A model generated the notes under the pieces. That model worked only from the letters and a program-made list of their open reading frames with translations. It was not told where the DNA came from and made no database searches. DNA of 64,000 bases from an uncultured Rhodospirillaceae bacterium. GTDB taxonomy: Bacteria; Pseudomonadota; Alphaproteobacteria; Rhodospirillales; Magnetospirillaceae. Made by a program: the position numbers and the translations under genes. The stretch is from assembly GCA_964545205.1 (NCBI GenBank), contig CAZJFH010000014.1:775-64774 (forward strand), written 5' to 3'. Shown here one piece after another: positions 38,891 to 48,012 of the stretch (position 1 is its first letter; every line of letters starts with the position of its first letter).

Positions 38891-39418
38891 ATGACCGGAC
38901 TGATCCTGCCCTACAAGGGAACCCTGCCCACCATCTCGCCCGAGGCCTTCGTCGCGCCCAACGCCGCGGTGATCGGCGACGTGGTGATCGGCGCCGGCAC
39001 CGGCGTCTGGTTCTCGTGCACGATCCGCGGCGACGTCCACGAGATCCGCATCGGCGAGAACACCAACATCCAGGACGGCACCGTGGTGCACGTCACCCGC
39101 GGCAAGTTCGGCTGCTATATCGGCTCGAACATCACCATCGGCCACAACGCCACCATCCACGCCTGCAAGCTCGAGGACGGCTGCTTCATCGGCATGGGGG
39201 CGACGGTGATGGACGGCGTGGTGGTCGAATCGGGGGCGATGATCGCCGCCGGCGCCCTGGTCACGCCGGGCAAGCGGGTCAAGAAGGGCGAGCTGTGGGC
39301 CGGCAGCCCGGCGAAGTTCCTGCGCGAGCTGAGCCAGGAGGAGCTGGACTTCTTCGCGGTCTCGGCGGCGCATTACGCCAACCTGGCCGCCGAGTACCGG
39401 CAAGAGCTGGCGAAATAA
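38891..39418 (+). CDS. gamma-class carbonic anhydrase family (left-handed beta-helix) protein
   Basis: Hexapeptide repeats with ...IRGDVHEIRIGENTNIQDGTVVH...GHNATIHAC... Confidence 0.85.
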   Translation: MTGLILPYKGTLPTISPEAFVAPNAAVIGDVVIGAGTGVWFSCTIRGDVHEIRIGENTNIQDGTVVHVTRGKFGCYIGSNITIGHNATIHACKLEDGCFIGMGATVMDGVVVESGAMIAAGALVTPGKRVKKGELWAGSPAKFLRELSQEELDFFAVSAAHYANLAAEYRQELAK

Positions 39419-39435
39419 CCCGCGAGCGCGGGTCT

Positions 39436-39478
39436 GAAAGAAAACGGCCGCCGGATCGCTCCGGCGGCCGTTTCCTTG
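39436..39478. terminator. bidirectional rho-independent terminator between the gamma-CA gene and actP
   Basis: The stem ACGGCCGCCGGA-TCGC-TCCGGCGGCCGT is flanked by an A-run upstream and a T-run downstream. Confidence 0.65.
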
Positions 39479-39494
39479 TGCCCGTCGGGCCGGT

Positions 39495-41168
39495 TCAGTG
39501 GGCCGAGGCGCCGGCGGCGCCGAGGCCGGTCTGCGACCGGACGAACTGGTCCTCGTAGGCCTCGCGCTCGGCCTTGGCGCGGGCGCTGGTGTCCATCACC
39601 GAGAACAGCCAGGTGCCGACGAAGGCGAGGGTCATCGAGAACAGCGCCGGGTTCTGGAACGGGAACAGCGCGCTGCCCTTCGGGTTGCCGAGGATGGCTT
39701 CCCAGATCGCGGGCGACAGCACGGTCAGCGCCACCGCCGAGACCAGGCCCAGCGCGCCGCCGAGCACGGCGCCGCGGGTGGTCAGGCCCTTCCAGAACAT
39801 GCTCATCACGATCAGCGGGAAATTGGCCGACGCCGCGATGGCGAAGGTCAGGCCGACCAGGAAGGCGATGTTCTGCTTCTCGAAGACGTAGCCCAGGATG
39901 ACCGCCAGGATGCCCAGGGCGGCCGAGGCGATCTTCGAGACCTTGACCTCCATGTCCTCGGTCGACCGGCCGCGGTAGAACACGTTGGCATACAGGTCGT
40001 GCGACACCGCCGAGGCGCCGGCCAGGGTCAGGCCCGACACCACCGCCAGGATGGTGGCGAAGGCGACCGCCGAGATGAAGCCCAGGAACAGGTTGCCGCC
40101 GACCGCGTGCGCCAGGTGGATCGCCGCCATGTTGACGCCGCCGATCAGGCCGTTGCCCTCGACGTATTCCGGGTTGGTGGCGACCAGGGTGATGGCGCCG
40201 AAGCCGATGATGAAGGTCAGGATGTAGAAGTAGCCGATGAAGCCGGTGGCGTAGAACACCGACTTGCGGGCTTCCTTCGCGTCCGGAACGGTGAAGAAGC
40301 GCATCAGGATGTGCGGCAGGCCGGCGGTGCCGAACATCAGCGCCAGCGCCAGCGATATCGCGTCGATCGGGCTCTTGATCAGCGTGCCGGGCGACATGAT
40401 CGCCTCCTTCGAGGGATGCACCTCGACGGCCTTCTTGAACATCGACTCGAAGCTGAAGCCGAACTGGGCCAGCACCATGAAGGCGATGAAGGTGGCGCCC
40501 GACAGCAGCAGCACCGCCTTGATGATCTGCACCCAGGTGGTGGCGGTCATGCCGCCGAAGGTGACGTAGACCATCATCAGGCCGCCGACCAGGATCAGCG
40601 CGTACAGGTACTCCATGCCGAACAGCAGCTTGATGAGCTGGCCGGCGCCGACCATCTGGCCGATCAGGTAGAAGATCACCACGATCAGCGAGCTGGTCGC
40701 CGCGAAAGTGCGGACCGGCGTCTGCGCCAGGCGGAACGACACCACGTCGACGAAGGTGTACTTGCCCAGGTTGCGCAGGCGCTCGGCGATCAGGAACAGG
40801 ATGATCGGCCAGCCGACCAGCCAGCCGACCGAGTAGATCAGGCCGTCGTAGCCGCGGGTGTAGACCATCGCCGAGATGCCGAGGAACGAGGCCGCCGACA
40901 TGTAGTCGCCGGCGATCGCCAGGCCGTTCTGGAATCCGGTGATGCCGCCGCCGGCGGTGTAGAAGTCCGACGCCGTCTTGGTCTTCGACGCCGCCCATTT
41001 GGTGATGCCCAGGGTCGCCACCACGAAGATGGCGAACATGATCACGGCTTCGAGATTGAAGTCCTGCTTCTTGACCGCGCCGAGGTCGCCGCCGGCGGCC
41101 ATGGCTGCGTTGGTCAGGGCCAGCGTGGCGAAGCCCGCCAGCGCCGAAAGGATGCTGGTCGGCTTCAT
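39495..41168 (-). CDS. actP: cation/acetate symporter ActP (SSS family)
   Basis: ...[29 protein letters not shown]... and 13-14 TM helices. It is paired with an upstream DUF485 gene. Confidence 0.9.
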   Translation of the reverse strand: MKPTSILSALAGFATLALTNAAMAAGGDLGAVKKQDFNLEAVIMFAIFVVATLGITKWAASKTKTASDFYTAGGGITGFQNGLAIAGDYMSAASFLGISAMVYTRGYDGLIYSVGWLVGWPIILFLIAERLRNLGKYTFVDVVSFRLAQTPVRTFAATSSLIVVIFYLIGQMVGAGQLIKLLFGMEYLYALILVGGLMMVYVTFGGMTATTWVQIIKAVLLLSGATFIAFMVLAQFGFSFESMFKKAVEVHPSKEAIMSPGTLIKSPIDAISLALALMFGTAGLPHILMRFFTVPDAKEARKSVFYATGFIGYFYILTFIIGFGAITLVATNPEYVEGNGLIGGVNMAAIHLAHAVGGNLFLGFISAVAFATILAVVSGLTLAGASAVSHDLYANVFYRGRSTEDMEVKVSKIASAALGILAVILGYVFEKQNIAFLVGLTFAIAASANFPLIVMSMFWKGLTTRGAVLGGALGLVSAVALTVLSPAIWEAILGNPKGSALFPFQNPALFSMTLAFVGTWLFSVMDTSARAKAEREAYEDQFVRSQTGLGAAGASAH

Positions 41169-41476
41169 CACTTCGCTTCCTCGAGGATCTGGCGGGTCAG
41201 TTCGTCGAACTGCGAGTTGGCCTTGAACACGTACACGCCGGTCAGGGCGATCGCGCTCAGGATCACGGCGACGCCGATCGGGAAGCCGATCGTGGCGACG
41301 CTGCCTTCCGACAGGGGCGTGCCCAGGAAGCCCGGGGCGTAGGCGATGGTCAGGATGAACCCGAAATAGATCGCCAGCATCACCGCCGACAGCGACCACG
41401 CGAAGGCGCTGCGCCTGGCGACGAGCTCCTTGAACTTCGGATTGTTTCGAATTTTCAAATAGGCGTCGTTCTGCAT
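41168..41476 (-). CDS. DUF485 (YjcH-like) inner-membrane protein
   Basis: The N-terminus [24 protein letters not shown] and two TM helices are typical of YjcH. Its stop overlaps the actP ATG (TGATG). Confidence 0.85.
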   Translation of the reverse strand: MQNDAYLKIRNNPKFKELVARRSAFAWSLSAVMLAIYFGFILTIAYAPGFLGTPLSEGSVATIGFPIGVAVILSAIALTGVYVFKANSQFDELTRQILEEAK

Positions 41477-42014
41477 GAAGCGCTCCTAAGAGTGACCAAC
41501 AGGCAAGTTGGACGAGTGCCGCCGTCGGCCTCGTCGATGCTTCTTCTTGTGGGGGTCGGCGCGCCTTCCATGGCCCGCGAGAGCCGTCTTCCTCGAAGCG
41601 AAAATCCCCTGTTGCCGGCATTTTGTTTTTCGAAGAGCCGGCTCCCGGTCAGCCGTCGTGCTCGTTTTGCGGCTGCAGTAGCACGGCGGTTGCGGCGTCG
41701 TCAAGAAGAGGGTAATTGTCGCGCTCCGGCGATGGGCTGAAGAGACGTTATTGCAAAGACGTGTCAATGCTGTATTGGAACAGTACGCCCGGTTTGTTGC
41801 TTCGTACAGTCCAGGGGTAGGTGGAAAACGCACTGCACCCAACCCAGGAGAGATGCATGGCGGCGCAATAACACTGGCGATGACTAGTGCTGTTTGACAT
41901 TTATCAGAGAACGGAGACTTTGCAGTTGCGGCGCGTAACCCTTTTGGGCAGGGCGGGTAGGTGTGCGGTGCAACAGCAGACGGCCCGAGTGAATTCTTTC
42001 CTCGGGCCGAGGCC

Positions 42015-43463
42015 ATGATCGAGCATTCGCCGCTGGAGCACATCGACAGCTTCGCCTACCGCCACCGCCTGCGCGAGGTGATGTCGGCGCCGGTGCTGAC
42101 CGGCACCGCCGATCTGACGGTGGGGCAGGCGGCGCAGCTCATGGATTCGCAGGCCAAGAGCTCGATGGTGGTCGTCGACGGCGACGGCCGCGTCGCCGGC
42201 ATCCTGACCGAGCGCGACCTGCTGCGTCTGGTCGCCCGCCACCACGGCGGCGCCGAGGCGTTGGCCCTCGGCGAGGTGATGGCGCGGCCGGTGCGGACGG
42301 TGCGCGAGGACGAGTTCCTGTTCGTGGCGCTGGGCCGCATGTCGCGGCTGGGGCTGCGCCATCTCGTGGTGGTCGACGGCGACGGCCGTCCCGCCGGCAT
42401 GATCACCGCGCGCACCCTGATGAAGATCCGCATCACCGACGCGCTGGTCATCGGCGACGACATCGCCGAGGCCTCCGGGCCGGAGCAGATGGCGGCGGCG
42501 CGGTCGCATCTGCCCGAGCTGGCCCGCAACCTGCTGGCCGAAGGCGTCTCGGCCCGCGACATCGCGGCGGTGATCAGCCAGGTGCTGCGCGACATGACGG
42601 CGCGCGCCGCGGTGCTGGCGGAAGCGTCGATGGCCGCCGACGGGCTCGGGCCGGCGCCGGCGCGCTGGTGCCTCTTGGTGCTGGGTTCGGGCGGCCGCGG
42701 CGAGAGCCTGCTCGCCTTCGACCAGGACAACGCGATCGTCCACGAGGGCGACGCGGCGGCCGAGCCCTGGTTCGCCGAGCTGGGCCGGCGGCTCAACGAT
42801 ACGCTGGCCGCGGCCGGGATCCCCTATTGCGACGGCGGGGTGATGGCCCGCAATCCGCAGTGGCGCAAGTCCTCCGCCGCATGGAAGAATGAGGTCTGGC
42901 GCTGGGTGCACGAGCCGGCCGAGCAGACGGTGATGAACGTCGACATCTTCTTCGACATGCGGCCGGTCCACGGCGACCGCGACCTCGGCCAGGCGCTGCA
43001 CGCTTATGCCGTCGAGACCGCCGCCGCCGCGCCGTTCTTCCTGCAGCTGCTGGCGCTCAGCGTCGCCAGGTGCGACGTGCCGCTGACCTTCTGGGGCGGC
43101 TTCGCCACCGTCGACCGGCGCCTCGACGCCAAGAAGCACGGGCTGCTGCCGCTGGTCTCGGCCGCGCGCGCCAAGGCGGTCAAGGCGGGGCTGACCGTCA
43201 CCGCGACGCACGACCGCTACGCGGCGCTGGTCGGCGCGGGCCGGATGCACCCCGAGGACATGCGCAGTCTCGACGAGGCGCACGAGACCATCCTGCGCGC
43301 CCTGCTGGAGCAGCAGCTGGCCGACATCGCCGCCGGCACGGCGCCGACGGCGCGCATCGAGCCGCGGCGCTTCGACCGCGGCATGCAGGCGCGGCTGAAG
43401 ACGGCGTTCAGGCGCATCCGCGTGCTGCGGGCGATGCTCGGCAGCCTGGGGGCGGGCGACTGA
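42015..43463 (+). CDS. CBS-pair + DUF294 putative nucleotidyltransferase + DUF294_C protein
   Basis: Two CBS motifs are followed by the Pol-beta-type NTase signature LGSGGRGESLLAFDQDNAIV and a helical C-terminal domain. Confidence 0.75.
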   Translation: MIEHSPLEHIDSFAYRHRLREVMSAPVLTGTADLTVGQAAQLMDSQAKSSMVVVDGDGRVAGILTERDLLRLVARHHGGAEALALGEVMARPVRTVREDEFLFVALGRMSRLGLRHLVVVDGDGRPAGMITARTLMKIRITDALVIGDDIAEASGPEQMAAARSHLPELARNLLAEGVSARDIAAVISQVLRDMTARAAVLAEASMAADGLGPAPARWCLLVLGSGGRGESLLAFDQDNAIVHEGDAAAEPWFAELGRRLNDTLAAAGIPYCDGGVMARNPQWRKSSAAWKNEVWRWVHEPAEQTVMNVDIFFDMRPVHGDRDLGQALHAYAVETAAAAPFFLQLLALSVARCDVPLTFWGGFATVDRRLDAKKHGLLPLVSAARAKAVKAGLTVTATHDRYAALVGAGRMHPEDMRSLDEAHETILRALLEQQLADIAAGTAPTARIEPRRFDRGMQARLKTAFRRIRVLRAMLGSLGAGD

Positions 43464-44098
43464 TGCGTGCGCTCGCCGGCATCCTGCTGCTGTCGCTGGC
43501 GCTGGCCGGCGCCGCCCGGGCGCAGGACAGGGGCGAGCCCGGCCGCTTCGACTACTGGCTGCTGGCGTTGTCGTGGTCGCCGGCGTTCTGCGCCACCGCC
43601 AAGCAGCCGCCGGCCAGCCAGTGCGGCCCGGGCCGGCGCTTCGGCTTCGTCGTCCACGGCCTGTGGCCGCAGTACGAGACCGGCTGGCCGGCGTTCTGCG
43701 CCGCGCCGACGCCGCTGCCGGACCCGCTGGTCGAGGACATGCTGCCGATCATGCCCAGCCGCGACCTCGTCGCCCATCAATGGAAGAAACACGGCACCTG
43801 CGCCGGCTCCGCGGCCGAGGACTATTTCGCGGCGACCCGCGACGCCTACGCGCGGCTGCGCATTCCCGCGCCGTTGCAGGCGCCGCAACGGCCTTTGTCG
43901 CTGACCACCGCCGAGATCGAGGCGATGTTCGCCGCCGCCAATCCCGGCCTCGGCGGCGACATGGTCGCGGTCACCTGTCGCGGCCGGCGGCTGTCCGAGG
44001 TCCGCGTGTGCATGGACAAGGACCTGAACTTCCGTTCCTGCGGCCGCGACCTGCGCGACACCTGCCGCGCCGCCGTCGAGGTACGGCCGGTTCGCTGA
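43463..44098 (+). CDS. secreted ribonuclease T2 family protein
   Basis: A signal peptide, the CAS I motif FVVHGLWP and the CAS II motif HQWKKHGTC. Its ATG overlaps the upstream TGA (TGATG). Confidence 0.85.
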   Translation: MRALAGILLLSLALAGAARAQDRGEPGRFDYWLLALSWSPAFCATAKQPPASQCGPGRRFGFVVHGLWPQYETGWPAFCAAPTPLPDPLVEDMLPIMPSRDLVAHQWKKHGTCAGSAAEDYFAATRDAYARLRIPAPLQAPQRPLSLTTAEIEAMFAAANPGLGGDMVAVTCRGRRLSEVRVCMDKDLNFRSCGRDLRDTCRAAVEVRPVR

Positions 44099-44199
44099 CC
44101 GGATAGGCCCATCAGACAGCTCGAATACGCGAACGCGCCCGCCACCTCTGATTCGGAGAACAAGCCGCCACGAAGCGGCGAACCGAGCGAGGAGGAAGA

Positions 44200-45558
44200 A
44201 TGATGTCCAAGCGCGAACGCGGACTCTGCGAGCTTTACCAGGAAGATCCCGAGCGGGCCGACCGGCTGGTGTTCGGCCGCCTGCCCGAGGTCGGCCGACG
44301 CGGCTTCCTGCGCGGCGCCGGACTGGCGGCGATGGGCGCCGTGGTCGGCGGCGCCATCCCGTTCCACCGCAACATGCCGTCCGGACTGATCCCGGCGGCG
44401 CTGGCCGAGGAAACCAAGGAGTTCCGCATCGAGGGCAAGGACGGCCTGACGGTGCTCAACGACCGCCCGATCAACGCCGAGACGCCGGCGCATCTGCTCG
44501 ACGACGCCATCACCCCGAACGCGCGCCATTTCGTGCGCAACAACGGCCTGGTGCCGGACATCGCGACCGGCGGCGACGCCTCGGGCTGGGTGCTGACCGT
44601 CGACGGCGAGGTGCACAATCCGCTGTCCTTGACCCTGGAGGACCTGAAGAGCCGTTTCGAGCCGGTCGAGCTGGCGCTGCAGGTCGAATGCGGCGGCAAC
44701 GGCCGTGCCGCCTTCAATCCGCCGGCCAGCGGCAACCAGTGGACCGTCGGCGCCATCGGCAACGCCCGCTGGACCGGGGTGCGGCTGCGCGACGTGCTCG
44801 CGGCCGCCGGGCTGAAGGACAGCGCCGTCTACACCGCCCACTACTCGATGGACCCGCACCTGTCCGGCGACCCGGCCAAGGACGCGATCTCGCGCGGGGT
44901 GCCGATCTGGAAGGCGATGGACCCGCACACGCTGATCGCCTTCGAGATGAACGGCGAGCCGCTGCCGGCCGTGCACGGCTTTCCGGTGCGCATCGTCGCG
45001 CCGGGCTGGCCGGGCTCGACCTCGCAGAAATGGCTGGAGCGCATCTGGATCCGCGACCGCGTCCACGACGGCGCCAAGATGACCGGCACCTCTTATCGCG
45101 TGCCGGCCTATCCGGTGGCGCCGGGCGAGGAAATCCCGAAGGAGGACTTCGTCATCATCCAGGCCATGCCGGTCAAATCGCTGATCACCTGGCCGAAGAG
45201 CGGCTTCGAGATGCCGGCCGACAATCGCCTGCTCGAGGTTCGCGGCCATGCCTGGGCCGGCGACAGCGCGGTCGAGCGGGTCGACATCTCGAACGATTTC
45301 GGCGCCACCTGGATGCCCGCCGATCTCGACCGGCCCGAGAACCCTTACAGTTGGCAGAACTGGCGGGCGCGGATGGAGTTCCCGCGCCAGGGCTATTACG
45401 AGATCTGGGCGCGGGCCACCGACGCGCGCGGCGTGCAGCAGCCGTTCGCCATCGCCTGGAATCCGAAGGGCTACCTCAACAACGCCATGCACCGCGTCGC
45501 GGTGCGGGTGCCGGACTATCGCGAGGCGCCGCAGACCGCCGAGACCGGCGGCAAATGA
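44200..45558 (+). CDS. sorA: molybdopterin-dependent sulfite dehydrogenase catalytic subunit (SorA-like)
   Basis: A Tat-like RRGFLRGAGLAA signal and a sulfite-oxidase-family core (...NAETP...HFVRNNG...ECGGNGR...), followed by a cytochrome c gene. Confidence 0.8.
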   Translation: MMSKRERGLCELYQEDPERADRLVFGRLPEVGRRGFLRGAGLAAMGAVVGGAIPFHRNMPSGLIPAALAEETKEFRIEGKDGLTVLNDRPINAETPAHLLDDAITPNARHFVRNNGLVPDIATGGDASGWVLTVDGEVHNPLSLTLEDLKSRFEPVELALQVECGGNGRAAFNPPASGNQWTVGAIGNARWTGVRLRDVLAAAGLKDSAVYTAHYSMDPHLSGDPAKDAISRGVPIWKAMDPHTLIAFEMNGEPLPAVHGFPVRIVAPGWPGSTSQKWLERIWIRDRVHDGAKMTGTSYRVPAYPVAPGEEIPKEDFVIIQAMPVKSLITWPKSGFEMPADNRLLEVRGHAWAGDSAVERVDISNDFGATWMPADLDRPENPYSWQNWRARMEFPRQGYYEIWARATDARGVQQPFAIAWNPKGYLNNAMHRVAVRVPDYREAPQTAETGGK

Positions 45559-45896
45559 CGCGCCTGACGGTCCTGGTGCTGGCGGGGGCGGCGGTGGCCG
45601 CCTCCGCCGCCGCGTTCGAACCGCCGAGCCCCTACGCGACGCCGCGCGATCTCGGGCAGCGCGAGACGGAGCTGCCGGAGGGCGAGGGGCGCGAGGAGGT
45701 CGAAGGCATCTGCGCCGCCTGCCATTCGATCCGCATGGTCACCCAGCAGCGCCTGCCGCGGCACCGCTGGGACGAGCTGCTCGACTGGATGGTCGCGGAG
45801 CAGGGCATGCCGGAACTCGACGAAGAGACGCGCACGGTGGTGCTCGACTACCTGTCGGACCATCTCGGCACCGGCGAGGTGGCGGAGGGGCGCTAG
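45555..45896 (+). CDS. sorB: mono-haem cytochrome c (SorB-like)
   Basis: A signal peptide and the CAACH haem-binding motif. Its ATG overlaps the sorA stop (ATGA). Confidence 0.75.
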   Translation: MTRLTVLVLAGAAVAASAAAFEPPSPYATPRDLGQRETELPEGEGREEVEGICAACHSIRMVTQQRLPRHRWDELLDWMVAEQGMPELDEETRTVVLDYLSDHLGTGEVAEGR

Positions 45897-45900
45897 GCGG

Positions 45901-46488
45901 TCACAGCAGCCGGCAGGCCTCGTCGAATTCCAGCCGCGGATTGCGCGGGTGGAGCTTGGACTTGTCGCCGTAGCCGAGATTGATCAGGAAGTTCGATTTC
46001 ACGCCGGTGCCGGCGAGGAACGTGGCGTCGAGGCGTTCGTTGTCGAAGCCGCTCATCGGGCCGCAGTCCAGCCCCAGCGAACGGGCGGCCAGGATGAAGT
46101 AGGCGCCCTGCAGCGACGAATTGCGGAACGCCGTCGCTTCGACCAGCGCCTCGTTGCCGGCGAACCAGGCGCGGGCGTCGGTGTGCGGGAACAGGCGCGG
46201 CAGGTGCTCGGGGAAGTTCATGTCCTGGGCGACGACGACGGTGACCGGGGCGGCCATCGTCTTCTCGACGTTCGATTCGATCAGGCACGGCTTCAGCCGC
46301 GCCTTGGCCTCGGGCGAGCGGATGAACAGGAACCGCGCCGGCTGGCAGTTGGCCGAGGTCGGGCCCATGCGCGCCAGGTCGTAGGCGCCGCGAAGGATCT
46401 CTTCGGGCACCTGGCGGTCGAGCCAGTGCGAGTGGGTGCGCGCGGACTCGAAGATCATGTCGTGCATGCGATCGGCGATGGCCGACAT
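45901..46488 (-). CDS. nitroreductase-fold malonic semialdehyde reductase (RutE-like)
   Basis: ...[21 protein letters not shown]...[12 protein letters not shown]...[11 protein letters not shown] is the typical RutE/YdjA-like pattern. Confidence 0.75.
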   Translation of the reverse strand: MSAIADRMHDMIFESARTHSHWLDRQVPEEILRGAYDLARMGPTSANCQPARFLFIRSPEAKARLKPCLIESNVEKTMAAPVTVVVAQDMNFPEHLPRLFPHTDARAWFAGNEALVEATAFRNSSLQGAYFILAARSLGLDCGPMSGFDNERLDATFLAGTGVKSNFLINLGYGDKSKLHPRNPRLEFDEACRLL

Positions 46489-46527
46489 GGCTGCCTCCTG
46501 CGGTGGTGGTCTCCACCGCAGGTTAGC

Positions 46528-47961
46528 CTACTTCGCCAGGCCCTTCACCTGTGCCGAGGCGGTCACCCGATTCTGGCCGGTATAGGCCTCGTGGTTGGCC
46601 TCGATGTCGGCGAGCTTGTAGAGGTAGTTGATCATCATGCCGGCCGATTCGCGCATGCCCTTGGGCGAGGTGTCGGCGAGCCAGTTCAGGCGCTCCATGC
46701 GGGCGCCGTTGGACAGGTGGAAATGCGCCACCGGGTCCAGCGCCTTGCCGCTGGGCCGCTTGGCCTCGGTCAGGTAGCGGGCGCACAGGCGCATCAGCGG
46801 CGCCTTCATCGGCTCGACCAGGCCGGGATCCTGGAACCACTCCGGCGAGCCGAGCAGCGCCTTGAGGCTGCCCTTGGCGGCCATGCCGTTGGTCGCCTGG
46901 GTCAGCGCCTTGTGCTCGGCGGCGGTCAGCAGGCCGGGCTCGCCCTGGCCCAGCCGTTCGTCGAGCCACGACCGGAAGCCGGGGATCGGCGACAGCGTGG
47001 CGAAGGTCTTCAGGTTGGGGAATTCGGCGGCCAGCACCTCGACCACGCGCTTGATCAGGAAGTTGCCGAAGCTGATGCCGGCCAGTCCCTTCTGGGCATT
47101 GGAGATCGAATAGAAGATCGCCGTGTCGGCGGCGGTCGGATCGCCCACCGGCGCCGCTTCGTCGAGCAGGTCGTGGATATTGGTCGCGATGCCGCGCACC
47201 AGCGCCACCTCGACGAAGATCAGCGGTTCCTCGGGCATGCGCGGATGGAAGAAGGCGTAGAGCCGGCGGTCGGAATCGAGCCGGTTCTTGAGGTCGTCCC
47301 AGCTTTCGATCGCGTGCACCGCCTCGTAGGCGATGATCTTCTCGAGCAGGGCGGCCGGCGAGCGCCAGGTCAGGCGCCGCAATTCCAGGAACCCGACGTC
47401 GAACCAGGATGCCAGCAGGCCCTTGAGGTCGGACTCGAGCCCGGCCAGTTCCGGGTGCTCGCGCCGGTGGCGCAGCAGTTCGGAGCGCATGTCGACCAGG
47501 AACTTCACGCCTTCCGGCAGGCCGTTGAACTGGGTCAGCAGCCGCACGCGCGGCGGCTCCAGCGCCACGCGGAGCTGGGTTTCGGCCGCGCTCCGTGCGG
47601 CGGGGTCGGCGGCGGCCAGCGCCCGGTCCATGGCGGCGTCGACGGCCTTGCGGTCGATGTCGAACTCTGTCGCCAGCATCGTCAGGAAGCGCAGCCGGCC
47701 CTCGGCGTTCAGGCCGATATAGGTGCGCCCGAGCTGGGCGGCGCGGGTGCGGGCCGAGACCTCGCCGCCGCGGCCCTCGAGGCAGGCCCGCATCTGCTCG
47801 CGCACGTCCTCGGCGTCGTCGGGCGGCAGGTCGGGGGCCGGCGCGCGCATGCTACCGGCCAGGTCGCGCCACAGCGTGCGCAGATTCCGCAGGCGTTCGA
47901 GCAGACTCGGGCTGACGGCTTGGGTCATGCTGGAGGGTCTCTCCTCGACGTTGTCCATCAT
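46528..47961 (-). CDS. malonyl-CoA decarboxylase
   Basis: MCD-family blocks are present: ...YAFFHPRMPEEPLIFVEVAL...FYSISNAQKGLAGISFGNFLIK... Confidence 0.8.
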   Translation of the reverse strand: MMDNVEERPSSMTQAVSPSLLERLRNLRTLWRDLAGSMRAPAPDLPPDDAEDVREQMRACLEGRGGEVSARTRAAQLGRTYIGLNAEGRLRFLTMLATEFDIDRKAVDAAMDRALAAADPAARSAAETQLRVALEPPRVRLLTQFNGLPEGVKFLVDMRSELLRHRREHPELAGLESDLKGLLASWFDVGFLELRRLTWRSPAALLEKIIAYEAVHAIESWDDLKNRLDSDRRLYAFFHPRMPEEPLIFVEVALVRGIATNIHDLLDEAAPVGDPTAADTAIFYSISNAQKGLAGISFGNFLIKRVVEVLAAEFPNLKTFATLSPIPGFRSWLDERLGQGEPGLLTAAEHKALTQATNGMAAKGSLKALLGSPEWFQDPGLVEPMKAPLMRLCARYLTEAKRPSGKALDPVAHFHLSNGARMERLNWLADTSPKGMRESAGMMINYLYKLADIEANHEAYTGQNRVTASAQVKGLAK

Positions 47962-48012
47962 CGGCTCCCGATCATCTCGTGTTCACCATCATGCGCCAAT
48001 CAGGCCCACGGT

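Noticed and set aside
41875-41890. A sigma-54-type promoter (TGGCGA-N-...GTGCT) upstream of the CBS-DUF294 gene
   Set aside because: The GG and GC elements are spaced one nucleotide off the canonical TGGCAC-N5-TTGC. No enhancer-binding protein gene is nearby. The match is too weak to call.
42015-44098. The DUF294 nucleotidyltransferase plus RNase T2 as a CBASS-like defence pair
   Set aside because: The NTase carries CBS sensor domains and sits in the conserved acetate-permease context typical of housekeeping DUF294 genes. The RNase has a signal peptide, so it is probably periplasmic. No other defence-island hallmarks or mobile genes are nearby. I kept it as a finding, but not as a defence system.
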